Below are positions 52,084-64,000 of a stretch of DNA of 64,000 nucleotides, one piece after another. A model generated the notes under the pieces. It saw only the letters and a list, made by a program, of their open reading frames with translations. It was not told the origin of the DNA and did not search any database. The translations under genes and the position numbers were made by a program. The stretch is from positions 25,482,001 to 25,546,000 of the forward strand of contig NC_086108.1 of assembly GCF_963921235.1 (NCBI RefSeq), in the 5' to 3' direction. Positions within the stretch are counted from its first letter, which is position 1. Each line of letters opens with the position of its first letter. The DNA comes from Mobula hypostoma. Taxonomy: Eukaryota.

Positions 52084-52410
52084 TGGCACAGACATAGAGC
52101 TGCATCCTCACTGGGCCAGGGACCTGGGTTCATTCCCGACTTTGGGTGCTAACTTCCTGTGACTGCCAGAGTTTCCTTCCTGTGCTCTGCTACCCTCCCA
52201 CATCCCAATGACATGCAGGTTGGTAGGTTAATTAGCTGCTGTAATGTGTTACTCGTGTACAGGTGAGTGGCAGACTTCAGGAGGAAACTGGTTAAAATGT
52301 GAGGTGAATGAGGTAAAATGGAAATTAACAATGGCCTAGTGCAGCTGATGGCCACCACAGACTCTGTACACTAAATGACCTGTTTCATGCAGCATTTCTC
52401 TATAACTAAT
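52084..52410 (+). mobile_element. V-SINE / HE1-like SINE
   Basis: B-box-like GGTTCATTCCC, the V-core CCTCCCACATCCCAATGACATGCAGGTTGGTAGG, and a CR1-type tail. Confidence 0.62.
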
Positions 52411-52644
52411 CGAGTCTACCCAACTGATCACCCGGCTCTCTCAATGTGATGACTGCCATCGTAATCAATGTGTGAGGGTAACACTGGCTTTGCGTGGCAT
52501 TTCAATCAAAATGTGAAGTGTGAAAATATTTGACTCTCCACACCCAAAAACAAAAAAGAAAATGCTGGAGGAACTCAGCAAGCCAGGAAAAGAGTACAGT
52601 TGACGTTTCAGGCCGAGATGTACTGGTTAATTGGTCTTTGTAGT

Positions 52645-53017
52645 TTGTCAATGGACAATAGACAATAGGTGCAGGAGTAGGCCATTTGGCCTTTCAAGCC
52701 AGCACCGCCATTCACTGTGATCATTGCTGATCACCCACAATCAGTATCCAGTTCCTGCCTTATCCCCATAACCTTTGATTCTGCTATCTTTAAAAGCTCT
52801 ATCCATCTCTTTCTTGAAAGCATCCAAAGACTTGGCCTCCACAGCCTTCTGGGGCAGAACATTCCATATATCCACCACTCTCTGGGTGAAAAAGTTTTTC
52901 CTCATCTCCATTCTAAATGGCCTACCCTTTATTCTTAAACTGTGGCCTCTGGTTCTGGACTCACCCATCAGCGGGAACATGCTTCCTGCCTCCAATGTGT
53001 CCAATCCCTTAATAATA
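52645..53017 (-). mobile_element. 3' end of a CR1 split by the Penelope-like insertion
   Basis: IIKGLD...RKNFFTQRVV...GY*, with an (ATTGTCT)n-type tail. Confidence 0.88.
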
Positions 53018-53119
53018 TGGCGTTCACCAGCAACTTTGATGTGTGTTGCTTGAATTTCCAGCATCTGCGAATTCCTGTTGTTTGCATTTAAATTCACTAC
53101 TGCGAAGTCTCTTCCGGTG

Positions 53120-56100
53120 ATGCCTGCACCGAAGAAGTTTAGATCCTCTCTTCGACGGGAGTTCAGTGAAACCATCTCTCACTGCTCCCCATCTGTAATT
53201 TCTTCGGCTCTTCAACTTTTCAACCACACTTTGACTCAGACTCGCTATCACAGCCATATACCCTTTCTTGGAACGTGCTTCCGTCGCCAACTTACTCCAG
53301 TTGGCTTTAGGATTCGTTTCCAAGCCTCTCAATTTGGACCTTCTGAGGATCCCAGGTACTCACATTTTATTGACTCTGCCTCTCGCCGCTTCTCCTGTCA
53401 AGCTCTGAAGGCGACTCTCTCCGCCATGAGGAGGTACTTGGTGAACCTATCCCAGACCCTTCCACACCTTCGGGACACTTTCTTCGCCGTCTGTAATGGT
53501 CCTACCCGTTATTTCATCCTTCGTCGGATTCACGCCTGCAATCGCCGTTTTTTTGACTTTGTCATGTTAGGCAAAGATCGCAAGATCCTACATCTACGGA
53601 CTCCAGAGCCTGCCGGCCCCGACGCTAGCAGGCATGAACTTCACATTGCGGCCCCTGCCATTGATCTCGGCGGCTCCAACACCTCAGGGCATATTCAAAA
53701 CCCGGACTCCAGCAACGACCATGGACACCTTCACAGCGATTGCGCAACCACCAACTGTGACGCCAGCCTTGAACTCCAGGCCAGATCTTTATGTGCTGCT
53801 GTTGTGACTCCCGTCTCCCCTTCCCCCACCACCACTCCGCAGCCCCGCCTTCCTCAGATCCCACCGTCAACTCCTGGGCCCTCAGAGGCTCCATCTTCCT
53901 CTCACCCCAACCCTCCCCTCTCCACTGACACCCCCAGCCTCCCCCCTCTCCCCTCTGATCCCAGCTCTCATCCGTGCCAGGTCTTTACCATCCCCTCCGA
54001 CCTTCAACTGTCGGAGGCAGAACGCTCTGTTCTCGGTAAGGGCCTCACCTTTGTCCCCCTTCGCCCATGCCTCAGCGAGTTCCATGTTCGCCATGATGCG
54101 GAACTTTTCTTCCGCCGTCTCCGTCTCCGAGCCTACTTCTTCGGCAAGGACTCTTCCACCCCCACCGATGACCCCTTCTCCCGTCTTCAACCCTCCTCTT
54201 CTTCATGGACACGACGCTCTGGTCTTCTGCCTGCTCTGGATCTCTTTATTGCTAACTGCCGACGGGATATCAACCGTCTCAACTTCACCGCACCTTGTCC
54301 CCATTCCAACCTCACTCCTTCCGAACGCTCTGCTCTCCACTCCCTCCGCACTAATCCTAACATTATTAAACCCGCCGATAAGGGGGGTGCTGTTGTAGTC
54401 TGGCGTACTGACCTCTACCTTGCCGAGGCACAGTGACAACTCGCGGATACCTCCTCTTATTTACCCCTCGATCGTGACCCCACTAAGGAGCACCAGGCCA
54501 TAATCTCCCACACCATCACCGACTTTATCCGCTCAGGGGATCTCCCATCCACTGCTACCAACCTTATAGTTCCCACACCTCGCACTTCCCGTTTCTACCT
54601 CCTACCCAAGATCCACAAACCTGCCTGTCCTGGCCGACCTATTGTCTCAGCTTGCTCCTGCCCCACCAAACTCATTTCTGCATACCTCGACACTGTTTTA
54701 TCACCCCTTGTTCAATCCCTTCCGACCTATGTTCGTGACACTTCTCACGCTCTTAAACTTTTCGATGATTTTAAGTTCCCTGGCCCACACCGCTTTATTT
54801 TACACCATGGATGTCCAGTCCTTATATACTTCCATCCCCCATCAGGAAGGTCTCAAAGATCTACGCTTCTTTTTGGATTCCAGACCTAATCAGTTCCCCT
54901 CTACTACCACTCTGCTCCGTCTAGCGGAATTAGTCCTTACTCTTAATAATTTCTCCTTTTGCTCCTCCCACTTCCTCCAAACTAAAGGTGTAGCTATGGG
55001 CATCTGTATGGGTCCCAGCTATGCCTGCCTTTTTGTTGGGTTTGTGGAACAATCTATGTTCCGTGCCTATTCTGGTATCTGTCCCCCACTTTTCCTTTGC
55101 TACATCGACGACTGCAATGGCGCTGCTTCCTGCATGCATGCAGAACTCGTTGACTTTATTAACTTTGCCTCTAACTTTCACCCTGCCCTCAAGTTTACCT
55201 GGTCCATTTCCGACACCTCCTTCCCCTTTCTAGATCTTTCTGTCTCTGTCTCTGGAGACAGCTTATCCACTGATGTCTACTATAAGCCTACTGACTCTCA
55301 CAGCTATCAGGACTATTCCTTTTCTCACCCTGTCTCTTGCAAAAATGCCATCCCCTTCTCGCAATTCCTCCGTCTCCGCCGCATCTGCTGTCAGGATGAA
55401 GCTTTTCATTCTAGGACGAGGGAGATGTCTTCCTTTTTTAAAGAAAGGGGCTTCCCTTCCTCCACTATCAACTCTGCTCTTAAACGCATCTCTCCCATTT
55501 CACGTACATCTGCTCTCACTCCATCCTCCCACCACCCCACTAGGAATAGGGTTCCCCTGGTCCTCACCTACCACCCCACCAGCCTCCGGGTCCAACATAT
55601 TATTCTCTGTAACTTCCGCCACCTCCAACGGGATCCCACCACTAAGCACATCTTTCCCTCGTCCCCTCTCTCTGCATTCCGCAGGGATCGCTCCCTACAC
55701 AACTCCCTTGTCCATTCATCTCCCCCATCCCTCCCCACTGATCTCCCTCCTGACACTTATCCGTGTAAGTGGAACAAGTGCTACACATGCCCTTACACTT
55801 CCTCCCTTACCACCATTCAGGGCTCCAAACAGTCCTTCCAGGTGAGGCAACACTTCACCTGTGAGTCGACTGGGGTGATATACTGCGTCCGGTGCTCCCG
55901 ATGTGGCCTTTTATATATTGGCGAGACCCGACGCAGACTGGGAGACCGCTTTGCTGAACATCTACGCTCTGTCTGCCAGAGAAAGCAGGATCTCCCAGTA
56001 GCCACGCATTTTAATTCCACATCTCATTCCCATTCTGACATGTCTATCCACGGCCTCCTCTACTGTAAAGATGAAGCCACACTCAGGTTGGAGGAACAAC

Positions 56101-56168
56101 ACCTTATATTCCGTCTGGGTAGCCTCCAACCTGATGGCATGAACATCGACTTCTCTAACTTCCGCTAA
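53120..56168 (+). pseudogene. Penelope RT-GIY-YIG ORF with a premature stop (54434-54436) and a frameshift near 54800
   Basis: IKPADKGG, FYLLPKIHK, PGRPIVS, MDVQSLYTSIP, GVAMG, YIDD, FLD, VIYCVRCSRCGLLYIGET, RFAEH, LEEQHLI...GMN. Confidence 0.9.
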
Positions 56169-56461
56169 GGCCCCACCTCCCCCTCACACCCCATCCGTTA
56201 TTTATTTTTATGCACACATTCTTTCGCTCACTCTCCTTTTTCTCCCTCTGTCCCTCTGAATATACCTCTTGCCCATCCTCTGGGTCCCCCCCCCCTTGTC
56301 TTTCTTCCCGGACCTCCTGTCCCATGATCCTCTCGTATCCCCTTTTGCCTATCACCTGTCCAGCTCTTGGCTCTATCCCTCCCCCTCCTGTCTTCTCCTA
56401 TCATTTTGGATCTCCCCCTCCCCCTCCAACTTTCAAATCCCTTACTCACTCTTCCTTCAGT

Positions 56462-56499
56462 TAGTCCTGACGAAGGGTCTCGGCCTGAAACGTCGACTG
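56462..56499 (+). ncRNA. Minimal type I hammerhead ribozyme motif
   Basis: UAGUC-CUGACGA-AGGGUCUCGGCCU-GAAAC-GUC/GACUG. Stem I is UAGUC:GACUG, stem III is the palindrome ACGU, and predicted cleavage is after 56494. Confidence 0.75.
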
Positions 56500-56598
56500 C
56501 ACCTCTTCCTACAGATGCTGCTTGGCCTGCTGCGTTCACCAGCAACTTTGATGTGTGTTGCTTGAATTTCCAGCATCTGCAGAATTCCTGTTGTTTGC

Positions 56599-57555
56599 CT
56601 TTAGTAATCTTATATGTTTCAATAAGATCCCTTCTAAATTCCAGAGTATACAAGCCCAGTCCCTCCAATCTTTCAAGATATGACAGTCCCGCCATCCTGG
56701 GAATTAACCTTGTGAACCTACGTTGCACTCCCTCAATAGTAAGAATGTCCTTCCTCAAATTTGGAGACCAAAACTGCACACAGTACTCCAGGTGTGGTCT
56801 CACCAGGGCCCTGTACAGCTGCAGAAGAAGCTCTTTGCTCTTATACTCAATTCCCCTTGTCATGAAGGCCAGCATGCCATTAGCTTTCTTCACTGCCTGC
56901 TGTACTTGCATGCTTGCTTTCAGTGACTGATGTACAAGAACACCTAGATCTCGTTGTACTTCCCCTTTTCCTAACTTGACTCCATTTAGATAATAATCTG
57001 CCTTCCTGTTCTTACCACCAAAGTGGATAACCTTATATTTATCCACATTAAACTGCATCTGCCATGCACCTGCCCACTCACCCAGCCTGTCCAAGTCACC
57101 CTGCATTCTCATAACATCCTCCTCACATTTCACACTGCCACCCAGCTCTGTGTCATCGGCAAATTTGCTAATGTTACTTTTAATTCCCTCATCTAAATCA
57201 TTAATATATATTGTAAACAACTGCGGTCCCAGCACTGAACCCTGCAGTACCCAACTGGTTACCGCCTGCCATTCCAAAAGGGAGCCGTTAATCGCTACTC
57301 TTTGTTTTCTGTCAGCCAGCCAATTTTCAATCCACGTCAGTACTCTGCCCCCAATACCATGTGCCCTAATTTTGCCCACTAATCTCCTATGTGGGACTTT
57401 ATCAAAGGCTTTCTGAAAGTCCGGGTACACTACATCCATTTGCTCTCCCTTGGGTACATCCTCAAGAAATTCCAGAAGATTAGTCAAGCACGATTTCCCC
57501 TTCGTAAATCCATGCTGACTCAGACCGATCCTGTTACTGCTATCCAGATGTGTTA
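56599..57555 (-). mobile_element. 5'-truncated CR1 RT segment (upstream half of the split CR1)
   Basis: SQHGFTKGKSC, DFQKAFD, QGSVLGP, KFADDT and LEYCVQFW. The frame continues at 53017 once the Penelope element is removed. Confidence 0.9.
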
Positions 57556-60324
57556 ACCTGTGAGGGTTAATCGGTGGTTGCAGAGCGGCATGGTTCAAAG
57601 GGCTGGAAGAGCTGTAGCTCAATAAATAAAATAAATGCTTTAATGCACAATATTCTGAAGACACAATAGACTGCAGATGTTGGGATATGCAGCAAAAATA
57701 CAAGCTGCAGGAGAAATTCAGCCGGTTAGGGAGCAACAGTGGGAGGAAATGGACAGCAAACATGTTAATGAAGTCCAAAGGTGTGGGCGGGTTGTCTAAT
57801 GAGTAAAGGTAAGATAAAAGACACTGGTCTGATAGAGCGATGGTTTAACTGAGGTGATGTTTCCTCTTGTGGGAGAACCCCTGGTTCACTATTTAAAAAT
57901 AAGGGTTCACCACTTAAGGTAGAGATGAGATAATACGTTTTCTTTCTGTGTAATGAGTCTTCTGAACTCTATCTCAGTTCAGATTACAAGACTGATAGTT
58001 GGACTTTTTATTTAGTATGTATTTATTTATCGAGAAAACAGCATGGAATAGATCTTTCTGGCCTTTTGAGCTGCATTGCCCAGCAACTCTCGATTTAACA
58101 TTAGACTAATCACAGGACAATTTACTGTAACCAATTAGCTTACTGTGGGCAATTCGTCCATGAAGAAAGTTTGGGCAAACTAGATGTATTGCTGGAGTTC
58201 TGAAGACTGAGAAGTAACTTGATTCAAAAATCTAAGATCCTCGGTGGACTTCATAGGGCATATGTAGAAGGGATATTTTGTCTTGGGAAGGATCTAGAAC
58301 TCAGCCTCACAGTTTAAAAATAACGTATTGAAAATAAAAAAAAAATGCAGGAATTTTAAAATAAAAATGGAAATGCTGGATACACTCAGCAGGTCAGGCC
58401 ATATCTACGGGAAGAGAAATAGGGTTAACATTTCAGGTTGAAGATCCTTTGTCAGAACGGGTCATCCTCAATGGTGTCTCTTTGCCTTAAAAAAGTGGAG
58501 ATACCTAATCAAGATAAATGTGAGTTAGAATTTTATTCTCTCACCATGTCCTGAATCTTTGAGATTCCTTTCTTCAAAGAACGGGCATTTAAATATATTT
58601 AAGACAGAAGTAAATAGAGTTGTGATCAGCAAAGCAGTAGAAGTTATTATGGTTAGAAGGGAATATGAATTTGAGGTAGCGTTCACATCAGCTGAGAATC
58701 TATTGAATGGTGGAGCAGGCTCCTGTACTCAGTGGCCTACTGCTGCTTGTACTAATTCATGTTACTTTGAATGCTATATGAAATAACTCAGCCAAGCATG
58801 TTTATGAGATGAAATTAGGATACCTCATCTACAAACTCCTTTCTCTTTTGCATAGAATATGCTGGGAATGCAAAGTGATGTCTAAAGGTGTGTATTACAT
58901 GTTTAAGAAATAGAAACAGGAGTGGGCTCTTCATCCTTTCTCTGCCATTCTATGTAACAGAGACAATCTTATATTACAAAGTCACCTTTGTGTGTCTTCT
59001 GATTCATTTAAAACTGTTGATCTTTGCCTTGAATGCATAATATGACCAAACCATTCTTTCAAGTACAAAAATCCAAAGATTCACCACCTTCTAGGTGAAG
59101 AGAATTGTTTTCCTCATCTCTACGTTGAATGACTAGCATTGTAATTTGAGACTGTAACTCTTGATTCAAGACATCCAATCCAAGGTGAAAGATAACCCTG
59201 CATCTCTGCTGTCACATTGCTTAAGAACTTTTGATGAGATCTTCTCTGATTCATCAAATCTCAGTCAGCTTCATCTGTCCAGATAAATCCCAGCTTGATG
59301 AAGCTTGATATTGAGAATTTGGCGAAGGTTCACTTAGGTAAACCTTTCTGTAACTAGGGAAACCAAACTTCTAGGCAATATTACAAATATGGTTTCACCT
59401 GTATAAATAGAGCATGGTGTCTCACCTTTTCACCTGAAATCTTGCAATAAAGGTAGTGAGAGAGAGCAGTTGCCTCTCTCACTACCTGCTGTACCTGCAA
59501 GTTACCTTCTAGTAATCTGTGTGTCAGAACACCCTGATTAATACAATCTTTGGGATTCTACATCACAGAGGAAGGTGCTGTTCAGTCACATGGTGCCTGT
59601 AAGCGAAAGGTCAATATATTTTTCAATATTAAAAGAACTAAAGGATTTAAGCTGAGTACATAGCTTATGGTGTCGAGGTGCTTTCCTGGTCTTTTCTATG
59701 TATAAGGACAAAGAGCTGCTGGAACAAATTTTGAAGTGTTCAACCCTTGCCCATTATTGCCTACCTGCACTGTACTTTCTCCCTAAGTGTTACTGCAATA
59801 ATATATTCTGCATTTTGTTTTTTTTTTATCCCTTCATACTATCTTGATGTACATACAGTTCTGTGTAAAAATGTCTTCGGCATATATACATTTACAGCTA
59901 GGGAGCCTATGACTTCTGCACAGTACTTCATTTGTCAATGTGGAGAGCGAGTTTATAAATCTGGCAGGAACAAAGGGTGCTGGAAATGGGGAAGATAGAG
60001 TGCCGCAGGAGCGGTATGGGACAGGTGGCAGAGAAGGAGTGTCAGAGGTGGGGGTGTCGTGGGTGCAGACACATCCAGCCCTGAGTCACCAGGCAAGGTA
60101 ACTTGATTCTGAACATTTGGTTTATTGATCATTACAGAATGTCTCTCTGATGCTTCCCACTCCCTCCCCTTTCCCAACGATGATTCCCCTCTCCCTGCCC
60201 CCTTCCTACTCCCAGTCCACAATAGAGACCCATATAGGAATCACATTTATCATCACTCACATATATCATGAAATTTGTTTTTTTTTTTTGCGGCAGCAGT
60301 ACAGTGTAATATATAGAATTACTG

Positions 60325-60390
60325 CAGTACTGTGTAAAAGTCTTAAGCTCCCTAGTTATATATATGTGCCTAAGACTTTTGCACAATACA
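60325..60390. mobile_element. Tiny palindromic Tc1-related MITE
   Basis: CAGTACTGTGTAAAAGTCTTAAG...CCTAAGACTTTTGCACAATAC. A further half-site lies near 59905-59927. Confidence 0.6.
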
Positions 60391-60687
60391 TATGTTTTAA
60401 AATATTAACAATGGTTAAAAGTTATGGACAGGTACATGGATAGGAAAGGTTTAGAAGGATATGGGTTAAACACAGACAAATAGGACTTGCTGAGATGGGA
60501 ACCTTGGTTGGTATAATTCAATTGGGCCAAAGGGTTGTATGAATCTGTGACACTTTTTGACTCTACTTGATGTGTCCCTTGCTATTAAATTTCCTGTCTA
60601 TATTCTCTGGAAACCTCCCTGGGTTTCTCCAACAGGCCAGACAGTCATTAACCTTCATATCATCATAAAACTTGCATTGATCACACT

Positions 60688-61250
60688 TAGAACATAGAAC
60701 ATAGAAGAGTACAGCTCAGAAACAGGCCATTCGGCCCACAATGTTGTGTCAAACAAGCTAAAAAGCAAATCAAAAAGCTCCAAACACTAATCCCTCCTAC
60801 CTACACCATGTCCATATCCTTCCAACTTCCTTGCATCCATGTGCCTAACCAAATATCTCTTAAAAATCTCTAATCTATTTGCCTCTGTCACCAGGTAGCA
60901 CACTCCAGGCATCTACAACTCTCTGAATAAAAAAACTTAGCCCTCACATCCCCCTTGAACTCACTCTCTCTCACCTCCAATGCATACCCTCAGGAACAAG
61001 ACACTTCAACCCTGGGAAACAAATAATCTCTGCCCACTTGACCTATGCCTCTCATAATCCTGTAAACCTCTATCAGATGTCCTCTCAGCCTCCAACACTC
61101 CAAAAAAAGCAATCAAGTTTATCCAACCTTTCACGATAACACATACCCTCTAAACCAGGCAGCATCTGGGTAAACCTCTTCCGCACCCTCTCCAAAGCCT
61201 CAATATCCTTCATATAGTGGGGGACTAGAACTGTAGACGATACTCCAGAT
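60688..61250 (-). mobile_element. CR1 3' fragment
   Basis: (AGAACAT)n reversed tail followed by the CR1 3'UTR and ORF2 end. Confidence 0.8.
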
Positions 61251-62594
61251 CGCCTACTTCAAATTGATACCGATTCAGAAGATAAAGGATTTTCTGCAGT
61301 AAAATCTTTCTGGGCTCACAAACCTAATTATTCTAACAAAAGGTGGTGAATTTCTGGAATTCTGTTGGCTTGATTATCGGAGATACTTGAAAAAGTAGAT
61401 ACAGTTTTGAAAGCATGAGGAAAATAGGTGAAACACACACAAAATGCTGGTGGAACGCAGCAGGCCAGGCAGCATGTATAGGAAGAAGTATAGTCGATGT
61501 TTGAGGCCGAGACCCTTTGTCAGGAAAATAGGTAACTGGATGAAGTGAAGTTAATGCCAAATGTTGATCAGCCATGATCACATTGAAGGGTGGAGAAGAC
61601 TTGAGGACCTTGATGGTCTCTTCATGCTCCTATTTTCTTGTGTTCATATACTCTTATCAGGATGTGCAATGGTAATTTCAGGGTATGACTGAAATTTTTG
61701 CTTCACTTAAGCGCTTGTTCTTTTTTCCCAGTATCTATCTTAGCTTTAATTTCTTTGTCAATATGCAGGATTTCACTGACTTCTTTTGGATAATTCTAAA
61801 TCCTACAGGACATTTGCTCTATCTGTTCGTCTAACATTTAGAATTTTAAACTTCGATGCTTGAGTTAATGCCAATTGACAGTTTCCAGTTGAGCTGAGGC
61901 GTCCTTAGTAAACTGCAGCACTGACTTTGGTACTATTTTTAAATTTAGATTGTAGCTCAGTTGAATGTCAAATCCAGAGTGTCTCCTCGATGGATATTAG
62001 CCACTACGTTTAGAAAAGTAAGGATGGTTTGGGCAAAGCTATCACTCAACTTGCCAAAATGTGGAAAGGATACAGTATATCACAGAATGTGGAATACTCC
62101 AGTGACATTTACCAATGGTGTATGATCTAACTTAATACAGAAGTCTGCACTATGAACCAAATGAAAAAGAGTAATTTGCAATCTAGTCAAATGCAAACAT
62201 AAACTTAACCTCCATTTCTTTATTCTTTTGATCTGCAAATACTATTTTTTGTTTTTTCTGAGTAAAGCGTAACAATCACTTGGATGTGAATAGATTAAAA
62301 TCACAATAATGCATTGTATGTGTGCTTATATTTCCTTTCCTCCAATCCCTGCAGAAGCTTATTGTCAGGCAAGGTTGGTTCAACTGCGATGCCCCCAAAC
62401 TATTAGTTTCTAAAAAATAAACTGCATGGTCTTGTCCTTTGCTGTTTTTTGTAAATTCTTTCAGTTTACAACATGGCAGGAGTTCTAATAAATAGTCATA
62501 GAGTTGCACAGTACAGAAACAGGACCTTTTACCCCACCATGTCCATAAAACATACATATCTACACTAATCCCATTTACCCACATAGGTCCATAG

Positions 62595-64000
62595 TGTTGT
62601 GTATTTAATATTTCAGTATTATTTGAATAGTTTTGTAAGTATGTTGTTGATTAGGCATTCTTTGTTTGTTTAAACAATTCATCATGGGTTATATGTAAAA
62701 ATAAATGAATTGCATAGGTGATGACACCACCACATGATACATGCATTCCTTGCTTAAAGTAAAGGCACAAAGTTAAGCTCACATTTCAGACTCCTTTGCT
62801 TTTCTTTGAATTAATTTTATGCTTTGAACTTACAAAAGTGAGATGTATGCGTTTAAAGGAGCAGCTTAGCGCATATTCTTCAGAAGGGAAACATGATCGA
62901 GTTTTTAAAAAGGCTGAAAACAGAAGAATTCATGGATTCATAAGCAGTGAGTATCAAATGACAATAATAATTAAAAAAGAACAGAAATGGCTGGCTACAG
63001 TGGAAAGATTGATATGTTTCATTACACAACAGATAATGGGATATTGTATACGGAACAAATTAAGCTGTACTTTAAAGCAAATGGAATAACCAATGAGGAA
63101 CAAGTACCAGTTTTGCTGAGTGCATTGGAGTGAACCACCAGTTTCAGGAACAGTTATTACTACTCAACTACCAGGCTTTTGAACCAAAGGGGATAACTTT
63201 ACTTGCCCCATCACTGAAATGATCTCATAACCCATGGACTCACTTTCAAGGATGCTTCATCTTATGTTCTTGATATTTATTGTTTATTTATTTATCATTA
63301 TTATTTCTTTCCTTCTTTTTCCATTTGCAATTTGTTGTCTTTTGCACACTGGCTGAATACTCAAGTTGATATAGACTTTCATTGAATCTAATATGGTTGT
63401 CATTTTAATATAGATTTATTGAGTATGCCCACAATAAAATGAATCTCAGAGTTGCATATGGTGACATATGTTTACTTTGATAATATTTATAAATTATTTT
63501 GAATTTTGAAATTTGAACTACAAAGGCACACAGTTTGCTTAGGAGTATGACTACTCCAACCAAACCAGCAGAAATGAGTTTTGCTGATATCATCAAAGTA
63601 ATGTAGGAGTGTTTAGAACCAAAACTATTGTTGAATGCAGGATGTTTTAGGTTTCAGTTTCATATGTGGAATCAAAAGAAGGGGGAGTCCATTTCAGCAT
63701 ACGTGGCTGAATTGAAGAGATTGTCTGAGAATTGTCAATTGGGTAATGGGTTTAAAGATGCACTAAAAGAACATTTGGTTTGTAGAATCATACAAGAAAG
63801 CATTCAAAAATGGCTCCTAACTGAAGCACAATTTAAATTTAAAAGAGCAGTTGAAATTGCGGTATCAATAGAAACAGCAGACAGAGATGCAATTGAGTTG
63901 CAGACAGGAATGTAACTGAGCGTGAACAAAATTACATCTCCTAAACAGAAACCGGCCTGGCCAAATAAATTGTATTATCATTGTGGCTGAGGCTCACATA
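62595..64000 (+). mobile_element. Third copy of the old Gypsy family (5' LTR 62595 to about 62837, then gag), running off the window
   Basis: The LTR begins TGTTGTGTATTTAATA as at 47976. Gag reads NQKKGESISAYVAELKRLSENCQ...LKEHLVC. Confidence 0.85.
63133..63520 (+). mobile_element. Rex1/Babar 3' end inserted in Gypsy gag
   Basis: ACCAGTTTCAGGAACAGTTAT ORF end, a 3'UTR related to 32270-32520, and a (TTTGAA)n-like tail. Confidence 0.65.

Larger units (their letters stand above)
53019..56598 (+). mobile_element. Near-intact Penelope-like element (Neptune-type)
   Basis: RT plus a Cys-rich linker and GIY-YIG. A direct pseudo-LTR repeat of about 65 bp lies at 53021-53085 and 56533-56598. It has a hammerhead motif and is inserted antisense in a CR1. 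Confidence 0.93.

Noticed and set aside
56228..57778. 516-aa minus-strand ORF as a novel RT-fusion gene
   Set aside because: It is a chance chimera: flanking DNA, a truncated CR1 RT, and read-through into the antisense Penelope 3' end. The true CR1 C-terminus lies at 52741-53017.

Overview
A eukaryotic, transposon-saturated region with no host protein-coding gene, rRNA, tRNA gene or CRISPR array that I can support. The repeat repertoire suggests a cartilaginous fish, probably intronic or intergenic DNA (inference): esterase-ORF1 CR1 LINEs, V-SINE/HE1-like SINEs, Neptune-type Penelope elements, Rex1/Babar, HERO-like RLE retrotransposons, Gypsy elements, and hAT/mariner/Tc1 derivatives. Many elements are nested. 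Main points: (1) A young CR1 (1-1411, minus) has ORF2 in the -1 frame, with no AUG for about 204 codons. It begins at a U_UUA_AAC slippery heptamer directly before the ORF1 stop, and two other CR1 copies carry one-mismatch versions at the same junction, so this is a candidate programmed -1 frameshift in a LINE. (2) A very young Gmr1-like LTR element (40982-45752; LTRs differ by one visible indel; tRNA-Pro PBS; CTTT TSD) has a single 939-aa ORF. Gag and protease are intact, but IN, RT and RNase H survive only as catalytically gutted in-frame remnants. (3) A near-intact Penelope-like element carries a minimal, probably dimer-dependent hammerhead ribozyme. Coordinates of degenerate elements are approximate, and family assignments come from motif recognition, not database searches.
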